Positions 1 through 8,914 of a stretch of DNA of 64,000 nucleotides are shown here, piece after piece; positions within the stretch are counted from its first letter, which is position 1; each line of letters begins with the position of its first letter. The stretch is from an uncultured Bacteroidales bacterium (GTDB lineage Bacteria > Bacteroidota > Bacteroidia > Bacteroidales > VadinHA17), in the NCBI GenBank assembly GCA_963732435.1, contig CAVSZL010000008.1, positions 164,963 to 228,962 of the forward strand. Direction: 5' to 3'. The notes beneath the pieces were generated by a model. That model worked only from the letters and a program-made list of their open reading frames with translations. It had not been told where the DNA came from and searched no databases. The position numbers were made by a program, and so were the translations under genes.

Positions 1-1
1 T

Positions 2-751
2 TCCGGGGAATATTTTAATACCGGCCGGCAAACATTTTTTAATCCGGTTGACTGGAGTGGAGAATGGCCGGTAATTCTTGAGAAAGGATTAGCAATTCCG
101 GAGACAGTAAATTCTCCTCTGAAAGCTGTTCCGGGGAAAGTAACTTTTGCTGAATATTCCTCAGACTGGAGAGATGATTTCGGGGAACCAACATTAAAAA
201 TGGATTGGAATTTCATACGAACTCCTAAAGAAAAATGGTATGAGCTAATGGATAATTCTCTTATTATTGATGCAAGACCAGTTAGTATTTCAGAAGTAGG
301 AAATCCTTCGTTTATAGGAAGAAGGCTTCAACATATCAATGCAGAATTTACAGCATCTGTGAAGCTTGAAGAATCAAAGGAAATGGAGGCAGGGCTTGTT
401 GCCTTCCAAAACGAAAAATTCTATTATAAGATTGTATTGCTGCAATCTTCAGGAAAACATTATCTGACGATCTCCTCAGGCATGAATGAGCTGATTAAAA
501 CAGAAATACAGGAATTCAAAGCAGGGAATGAGATCTTTCTGAAAATGATTTCTCTTGGAAATGAATTCAAATGTGAATATAGTCTGGACAATGTAGAATG
601 GTTGCCCTGCGGAGAAATCCTTGATGGAAAGATTCTAAGCACTAAGATTGCCGGAGGATTTATTGGAGCTTATTTTGGATTATATGCATATTCAGATTCT
701 TCTGCTAAAGCATATTTTGACTGGGTAACATATAAGAAAATTGTAAAATAA
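2..751 (+). CDS. Glycoside hydrolase family 43-like protein, C-terminal part (5' end lies outside the window)
   Basis: Frame 2 is stop-free from the window edge (SGEYFNTGRQTFFNPVDWSGEWPVILEKG...) and runs into the listed 200..751 ORF. The beta-sandwich tail (GGFIGAYFGLYAYS...AYFDWVTYKK) is typical of GH43 xylosidase/arabinofuranosidase C-terminal domains. Confidence 0.6.
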   Translation, partial: SGEYFNTGRQTFFNPVDWSGEWPVILEKGLAIPETVNSPLKAVPGKVTFAEYSSDWRDDFGEPTLKMDWNFIRTPKEKWYELMDNSLIIDARPVSISEVGNPSFIGRRLQHINAEFTASVKLEESKEMEAGLVAFQNEKFYYKIVLLQSSGKHYLTISSGMNELIKTEIQEFKAGNEIFLKMISLGNEFKCEYSLDNVEWLPCGEILDGKILSTKIAGGFIGAYFGLYAYSDSSAKAYFDWVTYKKIVK

Positions 752-759
752 ATCTTTAT

Positions 760-876
760 ATGAATAAAACAACATTTGGACTAATTGTTGGCACTAATGG
801 TTTCTTTAACAGTTCACTTGCTGTTAATAGAAAAAAAGATCTGGTTGAATTGGTGGGAAATATAGAGTATAATTAA
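760..876 (+). pseudogene. 38-codon remnant resembling the N-terminus of an L-fucose/arabinose isomerase-like protein
   Basis: ATG at 760 gives MNKTTFGLIVGTNGFFNSSLAVNRKKDLVELVGNIEYN*. The TFGLIVG-x-GFF start is reminiscent of FucI-like isomerases. The ORF stops abruptly in an AT-rich 437-nt gap right after a GH43 gene. Confidence 0.3.
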
Positions 877-1188
877 ATAGTTGAAAACTATCTTAATGGG
901 ATATTTATAAACATGTATAAAAAACTCATACCCATTGTATATTTTCTACTCTTTAATAAAGGTTACACAACAATTTAGACAAATATCTGTTACTACATTA
1001 TATAATTGGTTTGTTTTGCTGCGAAGGCCATTTAATATTTTTAAAATCTTAATTTGTTCGCAGGTTAAATAGTATAGAAATGATTACAATCTCAATAGTG
1101 TTAGTGATATTATTAACAAGGAAAATTTTGACATCTCTGTCTGCAAAAACAAGAATGATTCAGGTTAAAGAGTAGACAGGAGGTAAAA

Positions 1189-2601
1189 TTATAGTGTCTT
1201 GTACACTCTGACCCAGTCAATTTCCAACGTTGTCATTCCGCTTAACGGTTTATCAGTACCTCCAGCCAGTTGAACATACATTGGTTCCTGTGGGATATCA
1301 GTTGTTTGAGTAGATACCACTGTATTATTAATCTTCCATACAAGTTTGTCGTGAGTCCATTCAAGGGAATAGATATAAAAGTCTTTAGCGTATCTTGATC
1401 CGAGAGAGGTCGTAAAATTGTTACCATTTGCAGAGAACAGATCGAACCAGACTTTCCCATTCGATGTGCGGCAAATATTGATATGAGGTCTTATTTTGTC
1501 AGCCAGCATCCAGAATGCACTTTTAGAATTTGGATCTCCGAGTTTGATTTTTGCAGAAAAAATACCATACTTCTGTCTGAAACTGGCCCCGGAATTAATA
1601 AGACCGGAGGTGTAGCTGAATTCTTTTGTAGAAAATCCATTAGCTGCCGACCAGACTTTTCCCTTGATTCTCTGTGATTTGGTATTGATCTTAAGAGTGC
1701 TGTTCCTTAGATCAAAATTATCTTTTTCAGTATATGCCTGAAGATCTGATTCTACTGAATATCTGTCTTTTAACAATTTTTCACCCCAATAATAGTTTGT
1801 AAGCCACTTGTTTGTATCAAGATTATTGCCGTCAAATTCTTCGCTGAACGTCAACTCCTTATGTTTAAGGGCATCAAATTTATTGGAGTCTTTTACCTTA
1901 TAGTACCAGAGAATATCTTCATTCTTTTTCAGTATGTCATACTCCTGAAGCTTTTTGAACATTTCAGTCTTCTGAAATCTTTTTTTATCAAGCAGATACT
2001 CCTTCTGTTTCTTAAAATCTGCTGTTCCGACGTACTCTTTAAGTTCATTATATCTTGCTAGTCGACCCGAGCCATCAGTATTCAAAAAGTTAGCGTATTC
2101 TTTAGAGGACCTGAACTTAAAATAGTCCTGGATCTCTTTACTGTCCTTTAATCTTTTATATTCCTGGAACTTTTTAAAATCGTCGGATCCCTTAAATTCT
2201 TTGGCTTTAATCTTTTGCCTGAATTCAAGTGATTTAACTTCCTTTTCCAGTGCCTCAAAGCTTTTTATCTTTTCTGAGCCATCGAGCTCCTTAAACTTTT
2301 TAAGTTCAGATCTGGCAATGGTTCTGTAATAAAGTACAATATCTTTAGCTTTTTGCAGAGATAGAAACTCTTTTTCCTTTCTTTTTTCCTCTGAATTATT
2401 AAAATTAAGAGACTCTATTTCCTTCCTCTTCTGAATGAATTCAGATGATGCAACTAATTTGTCAAGTTCGATATACTTAGTCAGCTGTTCTGATTTTGAA
2501 AAAGTATGTAATTTCTCAAATTCAGTAATCAATGCCTTTTCAGCCTGTTCGATTTTCGTAGTCGATGGGATCATTCCCAGTAAAAGCTTGAGACTTGCCA
2601 T
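1189..2601 (-). CDS. Protein with a lysine-rich helical repeat N-terminal half and a GH16/concanavalin-like beta-sandwich C-terminal domain (catalytic motif apparently missing)
   Basis: 470-aa ORF. The C-terminal half has GH16-like landmarks (FSEEFDG..LD..KW, YTSGLI, KYGIFSAKIKL, SAFWML, EWTHDKLVWKINN, IDWVRVYK). Where E-I-D-I-x-E is expected it reads HINICR. No obvious signal peptide. Confidence 0.6.
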   Translation of the reverse strand: MASLKLLLGMIPSTTKIEQAEKALITEFEKLHTFSKSEQLTKYIELDKLVASSEFIQKRKEIESLNFNNSEEKRKEKEFLSLQKAKDIVLYYRTIARSELKKFKELDGSEKIKSFEALEKEVKSLEFRQKIKAKEFKGSDDFKKFQEYKRLKDSKEIQDYFKFRSSKEYANFLNTDGSGRLARYNELKEYVGTADFKKQKEYLLDKKRFQKTEMFKKLQEYDILKKNEDILWYYKVKDSNKFDALKHKELTFSEEFDGNNLDTNKWLTNYYWGEKLLKDRYSVESDLQAYTEKDNFDLRNSTLKINTKSQRIKGKVWSAANGFSTKEFSYTSGLINSGASFRQKYGIFSAKIKLGDPNSKSAFWMLADKIRPHINICRTSNGKVWFDLFSANGNNFTTSLGSRYAKDFYIYSLEWTHDKLVWKINNTVVSTQTTDIPQEPMYVQLAGGTDKPLSGMTTLEIDWVRVYKTL

Positions 2602-2748
2602 TGGAAAATTGGTTTATGTACAACTGATAAAGATAAAAAATCTTTCCAGAATAATTGTTCACGATTCTTTTAAATAATTGTTTTTGAATGGCGATAATGA
2701 AAAGAGGTTTAAAAATCAATAAATTTCGAGGTTGGAAAATCTTAATCT

Positions 2749-3540
2749 ATGAGAAAAATATTATTTATCTTAATTTTTCCTGTTTTATTCTGTTCTTGCA
2801 GTTACAGGTTACATACAAAGACTACTGAATCAGTAAATCATGATCAGCTTTTGCTGTCTGTATTATGGTTTCAACGCTCAGCCGAAATGCAGGCCCTGTT
2901 TTATCAGAGTTATAATATTGCAAAGAAGTCCCTTCTTGACAAACTTGAAAATCCTGAAAGTGGCAAACCTAAAGCTATTATTATGGATATCGATGAGACA
3001 GTACTTGATAACAGTCCTGTAGAAGCTCTGCAGATAATTAAAAATCTGCCATTTTCAGACTCTCTATGGGTTTCCTGGATAAAGAAAGCTTCGGCTGAAA
3101 CACTGCCTGGTGTAGCGGATTTCATAAATTTTTCAGATTCTCTTGGTGTAGAGGTTTTTTATGTGTCAAACCGGAATTATAAAGAAGAGTACCTTCCTAC
3201 TTTAAATAATCTCAGACAAAAAGGGCTCCCTTTTGCTGACTCGCTTCATGTATTGCTTCGACGTGATATTGGTTCTAAAGAGATTAGACGTAATTCAATT
3301 GAGGAAAAGTATGATATTTTGCTTCTTATTGGAGATAATCTCGCAGATTTTGATGAGGTTTTCGATATAAGGGGTGATGATCTTGGTTTTCGCGCTGTAA
3401 AGAGTAATGAGAAAAGATTAGGTACAGATTTTATCATACTTCCTAATCCCATGTACGGGCCATGGATAAATTCGGCAATAAGGAAACATGAGGGAACAAC
3501 TGAGCGTGACAAAATGGTTAATGCTCTCAGAAGTTATTAA
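2749..3540 (+). CDS. Class C acid phosphatase / 5'-nucleotidase, lipoprotein e(P4) family (HAD superfamily)
   Basis: Lipobox-like leader (LFCSCS). HAD DDDD-type motif IIMDIDETVLDNSP and a later GDNLADF motif. Size about 260 aa. Confidence 0.85.
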   Translation: MRKILFILIFPVLFCSCSYRLHTKTTESVNHDQLLLSVLWFQRSAEMQALFYQSYNIAKKSLLDKLENPESGKPKAIIMDIDETVLDNSPVEALQIIKNLPFSDSLWVSWIKKASAETLPGVADFINFSDSLGVEVFYVSNRNYKEEYLPTLNNLRQKGLPFADSLHVLLRRDIGSKEIRRNSIEEKYDILLLIGDNLADFDEVFDIRGDDLGFRAVKSNEKRLGTDFIILPNPMYGPWINSAIRKHEGTTERDKMVNALRSY

Positions 3541-3723
3541 GCTATTAACATCCTGGAAGTAGTAATATCATCACTTAATATAGTCATTAAATGAATGGAT
3601 ATTAAGTAATTATATTCGACATAATGGGTTTTCACACCTTCTTAAAAGTATCAATAAGGGAATATTTTCGTGGTAATGTAAAAAAAAGCATATAAAAAAC
3701 TTGACAATTATAAATTTCTGTTT

Positions 3724-3747
3724 TAACTTTGACCGGACGTTCAGTCA
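3724..3747 (+). promoter_or_regulatory. Candidate Bacteroidota -7 box (TAACTTTG) overlapping an imperfect 18-bp palindrome, a possible TetR operator
   Basis: TAACTTTG at 3724..3731 fits TAnnTTTG. TGACCGGA-CG-TTCAGTCA at 3730..3747 has half-sites matching 6 of 8. It lies about 50 nt upstream of the TetR gene start. Confidence 0.3.
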
Positions 3748-3793
3748 TAAATAGAAAGACAGAGTTTTCGTATTGAAATTAAAATGAAAACCA

Positions 3794-4435
3794 ATGTCAC
3801 CAAGAACTCAGGAACAGATAAAAGTGATAAGGGAGGAAAAAAAGACCCTTATTATGAATATTGCCCTTGAACTTTTTGCGAAGGAAGGATTTCATAACAC
3901 AACGATCAGCCATATTGCAAAGCATGCTGGAATCTCAAAAGGTCTTATGTATAACTATTTTGAGAGTAAAGAGGCATTGTTAAGTGCAATTTTAAAAAGG
4001 TCCATTATTGAAATCTATAAACATTTTGACATTAACAAAGATGGTTACCTTACAGAAGAGGAATTTGAATTTTTCGTAAGACGGGTTTTTCAGATCCTGA
4101 ATGAAAAAAAGGCATTCTGGAGATTGCTTGTTCAGATTTTAATGCAGAAAGAAGTGAGAGACGAGTTTTTGAAATCTTTTTATTCATATAATTTTTCACC
4201 AGATTTTGTTACAGACAATCCTGAGGACCATTTTTTCTCTGGCATTATGAAAACAATGACTGACTATTTTGCAAGAAAAGTGAAGAGTAATTTAAGTAAT
4301 TATGATCCTTATCTGGAATTGAATATATTTATTATTACTTTAAAAGGATTTGCTATAACAAATATTTATTTGGAAGAAGTTGATGAAGAATATTATGAGA
4401 AGACTATTAACAGGATTATTGAGCTTTACAAATAA
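3794..4435 (+). CDS. TetR/AcrR family transcriptional regulator
   Basis: N-terminal HTH signature (ALELFAKEGFHNTTISHIAKHAGISKGLMYNYFESKEAL). About 210 aa, all-helical remainder. Confidence 0.9.
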   Translation: MSPRTQEQIKVIREEKKTLIMNIALELFAKEGFHNTTISHIAKHAGISKGLMYNYFESKEALLSAILKRSIIEIYKHFDINKDGYLTEEEFEFFVRRVFQILNEKKAFWRLLVQILMQKEVRDEFLKSFYSYNFSPDFVTDNPEDHFFSGIMKTMTDYFARKVKSNLSNYDPYLELNIFIITLKGFAITNIYLEEVDEEYYEKTINRIIELYK

Positions 4436-4441
4436 ACGGAT

Positions 4442-5206
4442 ATGAAAACAAGAATATTTGTCAGTCTGTTGATTATTAATCTGGGCTTTGGTTTTTTTGA
4501 ATTACTAGCCCAGAACCTTGCCCCGACAGAAATTATCAGAAAAGCAGAAGATAAATTCAATGGCGAAAAATCGAGCTATATGGTTATGTCCATGACAATA
4601 ATAAGGCCTTCATGGCAAAGAACCGTAGATTTTAAAAGCTGGTCACTGGGTCGTGAATTTTCACTTACTCTAATTACATTCCCCGCAAAAGATGCCGGTC
4701 AGACATTCCTGAAGAGGGAGACAGAAATGTGGAACTGGAATCCTTCAATTAGCAGGCTTATTAAGCTTCCTCCTTCAATGATGTCGCAGGGATGGATGGG
4801 ATCAGACTATACAAATGACGATATACTTAAGGAATCGAGTGCTGTTAATGATTATATACATAATGTAACAGCTGAGGAAATTATAGATGGAAGGGACTGT
4901 TACAGGATAATGATGAAAGCAAAAGAGGATGCTGCAGTGGTTTGGGGACATCAGGTCAGATGGATTGATAAAAAGGAATTTCTTGTGCTGAGGGCTGAAC
5001 TGTATGATGAAGATGGTATTCTGGTGAGAACAGAGACAGGCACTGACATAAAGATGATGGATGGAAGGACAATTCAGACCAGAATTGAACTGATTCCTGC
5101 TGATGAACCCGGAAATAAGACTATTGTAACCATTAAAGAGATGAAGTTCAATATTCCTGTTGAAGAGAGCTTTTTCTCCCAGCAGAATATGAAGAATGTA
5201 AGGTAA
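4442..5206 (+). CDS. LolA-like outer membrane lipoprotein-sorting protein family
   Basis: Signal peptide, about 250 aa. The sequence pattern (MTIIRPSWQRT..., LKRETEMWNWNPS..RLIKLPPSMMSQGWMGSDYTNDD) is typical of LolA_like proteins that accompany FtsX-type ABC exporters. It starts 6 nt after the TetR stop. Confidence 0.7.
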   Translation: MKTRIFVSLLIINLGFGFFELLAQNLAPTEIIRKAEDKFNGEKSSYMVMSMTIIRPSWQRTVDFKSWSLGREFSLTLITFPAKDAGQTFLKRETEMWNWNPSISRLIKLPPSMMSQGWMGSDYTNDDILKESSAVNDYIHNVTAEEIIDGRDCYRIMMKAKEDAAVVWGHQVRWIDKKEFLVLRAELYDEDGILVRTETGTDIKMMDGRTIQTRIELIPADEPGNKTIVTIKEMKFNIPVEESFFSQQNMKNVR

Positions 5207-5246
5207 GGCAGAAGGCGGAAGGCGGAAGGCGGAAGGCAGAAGGCAG
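5205..5246. repeat. Six tandem heptamers AAGGC(A/G)G
   Basis: Read directly: AAGGCAG AAGGCGG AAGGCGG AAGGCGG AAGGCAG AAGGCAG. The array begins inside the TAA stop (5204..5206) of the LolA-like gene. Confidence 0.95.
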
Positions 5247-5268
5247 ATTTTTATATTGAAAAACTCTT

Positions 5269-5294
5269 CGGACTTCCGACTACGGACTTCCGAC
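5269..5294 (+). promoter_or_regulatory. GC-rich hairpin built from two copies of CGGACTTCCGAC in the intercistronic gap
   Basis: Copies at 5269..5280 and 5283..5294. CGGACUUCCG pairs with the second copy as a 10-bp stem with a 2x2 internal mismatch and a 4-nt loop. The CUUCCG cores are also complementary to CGGAAG in the upstream heptamers. Confidence 0.5.
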
Positions 5295-5324
5295 CAAATG
5301 TGGCTCAATTATTACTCTAACGAT

Positions 5325-6737
5325 ATGAAGAACTACAAGATAGCATGGCGAAATCTCTGGCGGAACAGAAGGAGAACCCTGATTACTGTTGCTTCTGTTT
5401 TCTTTGCGGTATTTTTTGCACTCATTATGCGGTCACTTCAGCTTGGAACCTACGATCACATGTTCCGGAATGCAATAGAATCATATACTGGTTACATTCA
5501 GGTACAGCATGAGGATTTCTGGGACGATAAGGTTGTAGACAACACATTTGTAAATACAGAGGAGCTTGATGAATATCTCCGAAACATGGAAAATGTTACC
5601 GGAACAGTACCGCGTTTTGAATCATTTGCCCTTGCATCATCCGGTACACTGACAAAGGGAGTCCTGGTGATGGGCATTGATCCTGAAAGAGAAGCTCTTC
5701 TTTCAGATACAAAAAGCAAACTTGTATTGTATCATTTGAATGAGAGAAATACAGAGTTATTGAAAGATTCAGATCTGCCTGAGACAATGAAGAAAAATCT
5801 TGATCTTTTTAAGGGGAATTTCTATTCCAGCAATTCATCACTTGCTGTAGATTTTAATATTGATGATAAGGATTCATCCTCGATTCTCAGTATATTCAGA
5901 AAACATGCATCATTCAAAAATGGATATATAAGCCTGGGAGAACCGGGTGCACTTATCGGATCAAAGCTGGCATTATATCTTAATACCGGAATTGGCGATA
6001 CGATTGTATTGCTTGGTCAGGGTTATCACGGTACAACTGCTGCAGGGAAATTCAGGATCAATGGTATCGTTAAGCTTCCGGCTCCTGACCTGGACAATAA
6101 GATAGTTTATCTTCCATATGATATCTGCCAGGAACTATATAATGCTCCCGGAATGCTTACATCATTAGCCATTAGCATAAAAGACAATGATGACGAAACG
6201 ATTCAAAGCATGATTGAAGATATAGAAAAAGAGATTATACCTCCCCTTAAAGTTATGGAATGGCGCGAAATGAACAAGCTGATGATAAACCAGATGGACG
6301 CTGACAGCAAAAGCGGAATGATAATGATCATTATACTTTACCTGGTAATTGCTTTCGGAATTTTCGGAACTGTACTTATGATGACAGCAGAAAGAAGAAG
6401 AGAGTTCGGTGTGCTTGTTGCAATAGGTATGCAGAAGAATAAACTTTCTATAGTTGTAACCATGGAACTGATAATGATGGGATTACTTGGTATAGCTTCC
6501 GGAATTATTGCTTCTCTTCCGGTAATATTCTATGGGTATTCTCATCCTATACGGTTTCATGGTGAAATGGCCAAAATGTATGAAGATTACGGAATGGAGG
6601 CAGTAATGCCCTTCCTTCTTCCGGATTTATATATGCTCTGGCAGTCGCTGGTTGTGGCAATTATTGTTTTTATTGCCCTTATATATCCTTTGAGAAAAAT
6701 CAGCAAGATGAAGGTAGTTAATTCATTAAAGGCTTAA
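5325..6737 (+). CDS. ABC transporter permease, FtsX/MacB-like (large periplasmic domain)
   Basis: The canonical N-terminus AWRNLWRNRRRTLITV begins just after the ATG at 5325. The listed ORF start at 5256 is a TTG inside the repeat/hairpin region. One TM, a long extracytoplasmic domain and a C-terminal FtsX 3-TM bundle. Confidence 0.85.
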   Translation: MKNYKIAWRNLWRNRRRTLITVASVFFAVFFALIMRSLQLGTYDHMFRNAIESYTGYIQVQHEDFWDDKVVDNTFVNTEELDEYLRNMENVTGTVPRFESFALASSGTLTKGVLVMGIDPEREALLSDTKSKLVLYHLNERNTELLKDSDLPETMKKNLDLFKGNFYSSNSSLAVDFNIDDKDSSSILSIFRKHASFKNGYISLGEPGALIGSKLALYLNTGIGDTIVLLGQGYHGTTAAGKFRINGIVKLPAPDLDNKIVYLPYDICQELYNAPGMLTSLAISIKDNDDETIQSMIEDIEKEIIPPLKVMEWREMNKLMINQMDADSKSGMIMIIILYLVIAFGIFGTVLMMTAERRREFGVLVAIGMQKNKLSIVVTMELIMMGLLGIASGIIASLPVIFYGYSHPIRFHGEMAKMYEDYGMEAVMPFLLPDLYMLWQSLVVAIIVFIALIYPLRKISKMKVVNSLKA

Positions 6738-6749
6738 AAAACAAGTAAT

Positions 6750-8177
6750 ATGATACTGAAAACAGCCTGGAAAAATGTGTGGCGTAACCGGGTCAGGAGC
6801 CTGGTGGTAATAGCATCGGTAACTGTTGGGATATTTGCGGGTGTTTTTTCTGTCGCATTTATGAACGGAATGATTGCACAGCGTTTTGATGCAGCAATTG
6901 ATGAGGAAATTTCCCATATCCAGATTACCGGTAAAGATTATGTCCTCAATAATGACCCTTCAATTTTTATGAATTCCGGAGATGAAATTATACAAACAGT
7001 ATCAGCTATTCCGGGAGTCGAGCAGATTGTTGTAAGAAAAATTATTACCGGAATGGCAGGTACGGCTTCAAAAAGTGCAGGGGTTCAGATAATTGGAATT
7101 GATCCTGATGCGGAAAAGAGGATATTTAAGATTTATAAAACTATTATACCTGGTACAGGTGATTATTTTGAAAGAGAATCAAGATATGAACTTGCGCTTA
7201 TTGGTCAGGACCTCGCAAAGGAGTTAAATATTATCCGCTTCTCAATTGACAGTACAGTAATATCAAGGCTTGAAGCGCAAAAGGTTTCTGATGAAGTTAT
7301 CGGAAAACTTGAGTCAATTTCAGGAAGAAGATTTCCAAATGAAAAGAAATTCACCTCCACTGTAACATCAATACTGACAAAAAAAGAACTTAAGGAATAT
7401 GGCCAGCTTATTAAAAAGGAAGCATGGTCATACCGTGAAAACTCACGTATGACATTAACGTTTCTTGACAAAGACAACAACCAGGTTTCTTCTGTTTTCA
7501 GGATTGCCGGGATATTTGACATAAAAAATACAATGTTTGAACAGAGCCAGGTTTTCATCAGAAATGAAGTTCTCAGCCGTCTGACCGGTATGGACGATAG
7601 CGCATTTCATCAGGTTGTAATACGCATAAGTGATGTTAAACAGTCAGAAAGCATTACCGAAATCATCCGGAACAGGTTTATGGGACTTGATATAAAAAAC
7701 TGGAAGGAGCTTCAGCCCGACCTTGCAATGATGACAGATTATGTTCATCAGATCTACGGCTTTTTTATGGGGATAATACTGGCAGCGCTTGCGTTCGGTA
7801 TAATAAATACAATGCTTATGGTTGTGCTTGAAAGAACAAAGGAATTAGGTATGCTCACTGCCATCGGGATGAATAAAAGAAAGGTTTTTTCGATGATAAT
7901 GCTTGAGTCAGTTTTCCTTTCAATTACCGGCGGCATTACAGGTATGATTATAGGCTGGATTACAATAATTCTGACAGCCAAAAATGGGATTAACTTTGCC
8001 CAGTATGCCGAAGGTATGGAAGCTTTCGGTTATTCGGCACATATTTTCCCGGAAATTTCAGCCGGTTTCTTTGTGATGGTTATGCTTCTGATAATTATAA
8101 CAGGTATTGCCTCATCAGTTTATCCGGCACTAAAGGCTTTGAAACTCGATCCGGCTGATGCAATAAGAACAGAATAA
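6750..8177 (+). CDS. ABC transporter permease, FtsX/MacB-like (second copy)
   Basis: Starts MILKTAWKNVWRNRVRSLVV. Same architecture as the preceding gene. The C-terminal FtsX region ends with the ALKALKLDPADAIR motif. Confidence 0.9.
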   Translation: MILKTAWKNVWRNRVRSLVVIASVTVGIFAGVFSVAFMNGMIAQRFDAAIDEEISHIQITGKDYVLNNDPSIFMNSGDEIIQTVSAIPGVEQIVVRKIITGMAGTASKSAGVQIIGIDPDAEKRIFKIYKTIIPGTGDYFERESRYELALIGQDLAKELNIIRFSIDSTVISRLEAQKVSDEVIGKLESISGRRFPNEKKFTSTVTSILTKKELKEYGQLIKKEAWSYRENSRMTLTFLDKDNNQVSSVFRIAGIFDIKNTMFEQSQVFIRNEVLSRLTGMDDSAFHQVVIRISDVKQSESITEIIRNRFMGLDIKNWKELQPDLAMMTDYVHQIYGFFMGIILAALAFGIINTMLMVVLERTKELGMLTAIGMNKRKVFSMIMLESVFLSITGGITGMIIGWITIILTAKNGINFAQYAEGMEAFGYSAHIFPEISAGFFVMVMLLIIITGIASSVYPALKALKLDPADAIRTE

Positions 8178-8206
8178 CATAATTCGATAATTAAAATGGG
8201 ATAGTC

Positions 8207-8893
8207 ATGAAAATACTTGAATTGAAAAATGTTAATAAGATATATAACGGATCCGAAGTGCATGTTCATGCTGTAAATGATGTATCACTTGAATTCAGGG
8301 AGGCAGAATTTGCAGCAATAGTTGGTCCGTCAGGATCCGGCAAAACCACACTGCTCAACCTTATTGGCGGTTTGGATATGCCAAGTTCCGGGAGTATAAT
8401 AATCGATGGTACTGATCTGTCACAGCTTAAATCATCTAAGCTTATAGATTTCAGAATGAGGAATATAGGATTTGTTTTTCAGGCGTATAACCTGATTCCT
8501 GTGCTTACAGCCAGGGAGAATGTTGAATTTATAATGTCATTGCAGAAATGGTCGAAGAAAGAACGTGATGAAAGGACTTTTGAGCTTCTTAAAGCTGTTG
8601 GTCTGGCTGAAAGGGCTGACAGCCGACCCTCAAAACTTTCAGGAGGTCAGCAGCAGCGGGTGGCTGTTGCGAGGGCACTGGCTTCCAAACCTAAATTTGT
8701 GCTGGCGGATGAACCTACTGCAAACCTCGATTCAAAATCAGCCACAACACTTCTTGAAATAATGGAAAAACTTAATCATGAAGAGAAAATAACATTTATC
8801 TTTTCAACTCATGATCCGCGTGTGGTTAAAATGGCACACCGTGTTATAACACTTGAAGATGGAAAAGTTGTTTCCGATGACATAAGGGAATAA
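8207..8893 (+). CDS. ABC transporter ATP-binding protein (LolD/MacB-type)
   Basis: Walker A GPSGSGKTT, Q-loop, signature LSGGQQQRVAVARAL, Walker B FVLADEPT, H-loop STHD. Confidence 0.95.
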   Translation: MKILELKNVNKIYNGSEVHVHAVNDVSLEFREAEFAAIVGPSGSGKTTLLNLIGGLDMPSSGSIIIDGTDLSQLKSSKLIDFRMRNIGFVFQAYNLIPVLTARENVEFIMSLQKWSKKERDERTFELLKAVGLAERADSRPSKLSGGQQQRVAVARALASKPKFVLADEPTANLDSKSATTLLEIMEKLNHEEKITFIFSTHDPRVVKMAHRVITLEDGKVVSDDIRE

Positions 8894-8914
8894 TGACAGG
8901 TATTCAGATTTGAC

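Noticed and set aside
5205-5246. The heptamer array could have been a CRISPR-like or coding repeat.
   Set aside because: The units are 7 nt with no spacers and the total length is 42 nt, so this is not CRISPR architecture. The array lies after the stop codon of the upstream gene. The listed ORFs across it (5256 TTG start; 4802..5308 minus) have no protein-like features.
5256-5324. The listed longer start (TTG at 5256) for the first permease.
   Set aside because: The extension (MKNSSDFRLRTSDQMWLNYYSND) is translated from the hairpin and repeat region. The conserved FtsX N-terminus (AWRNLWRNRRRT) begins right after the ATG at 5325.
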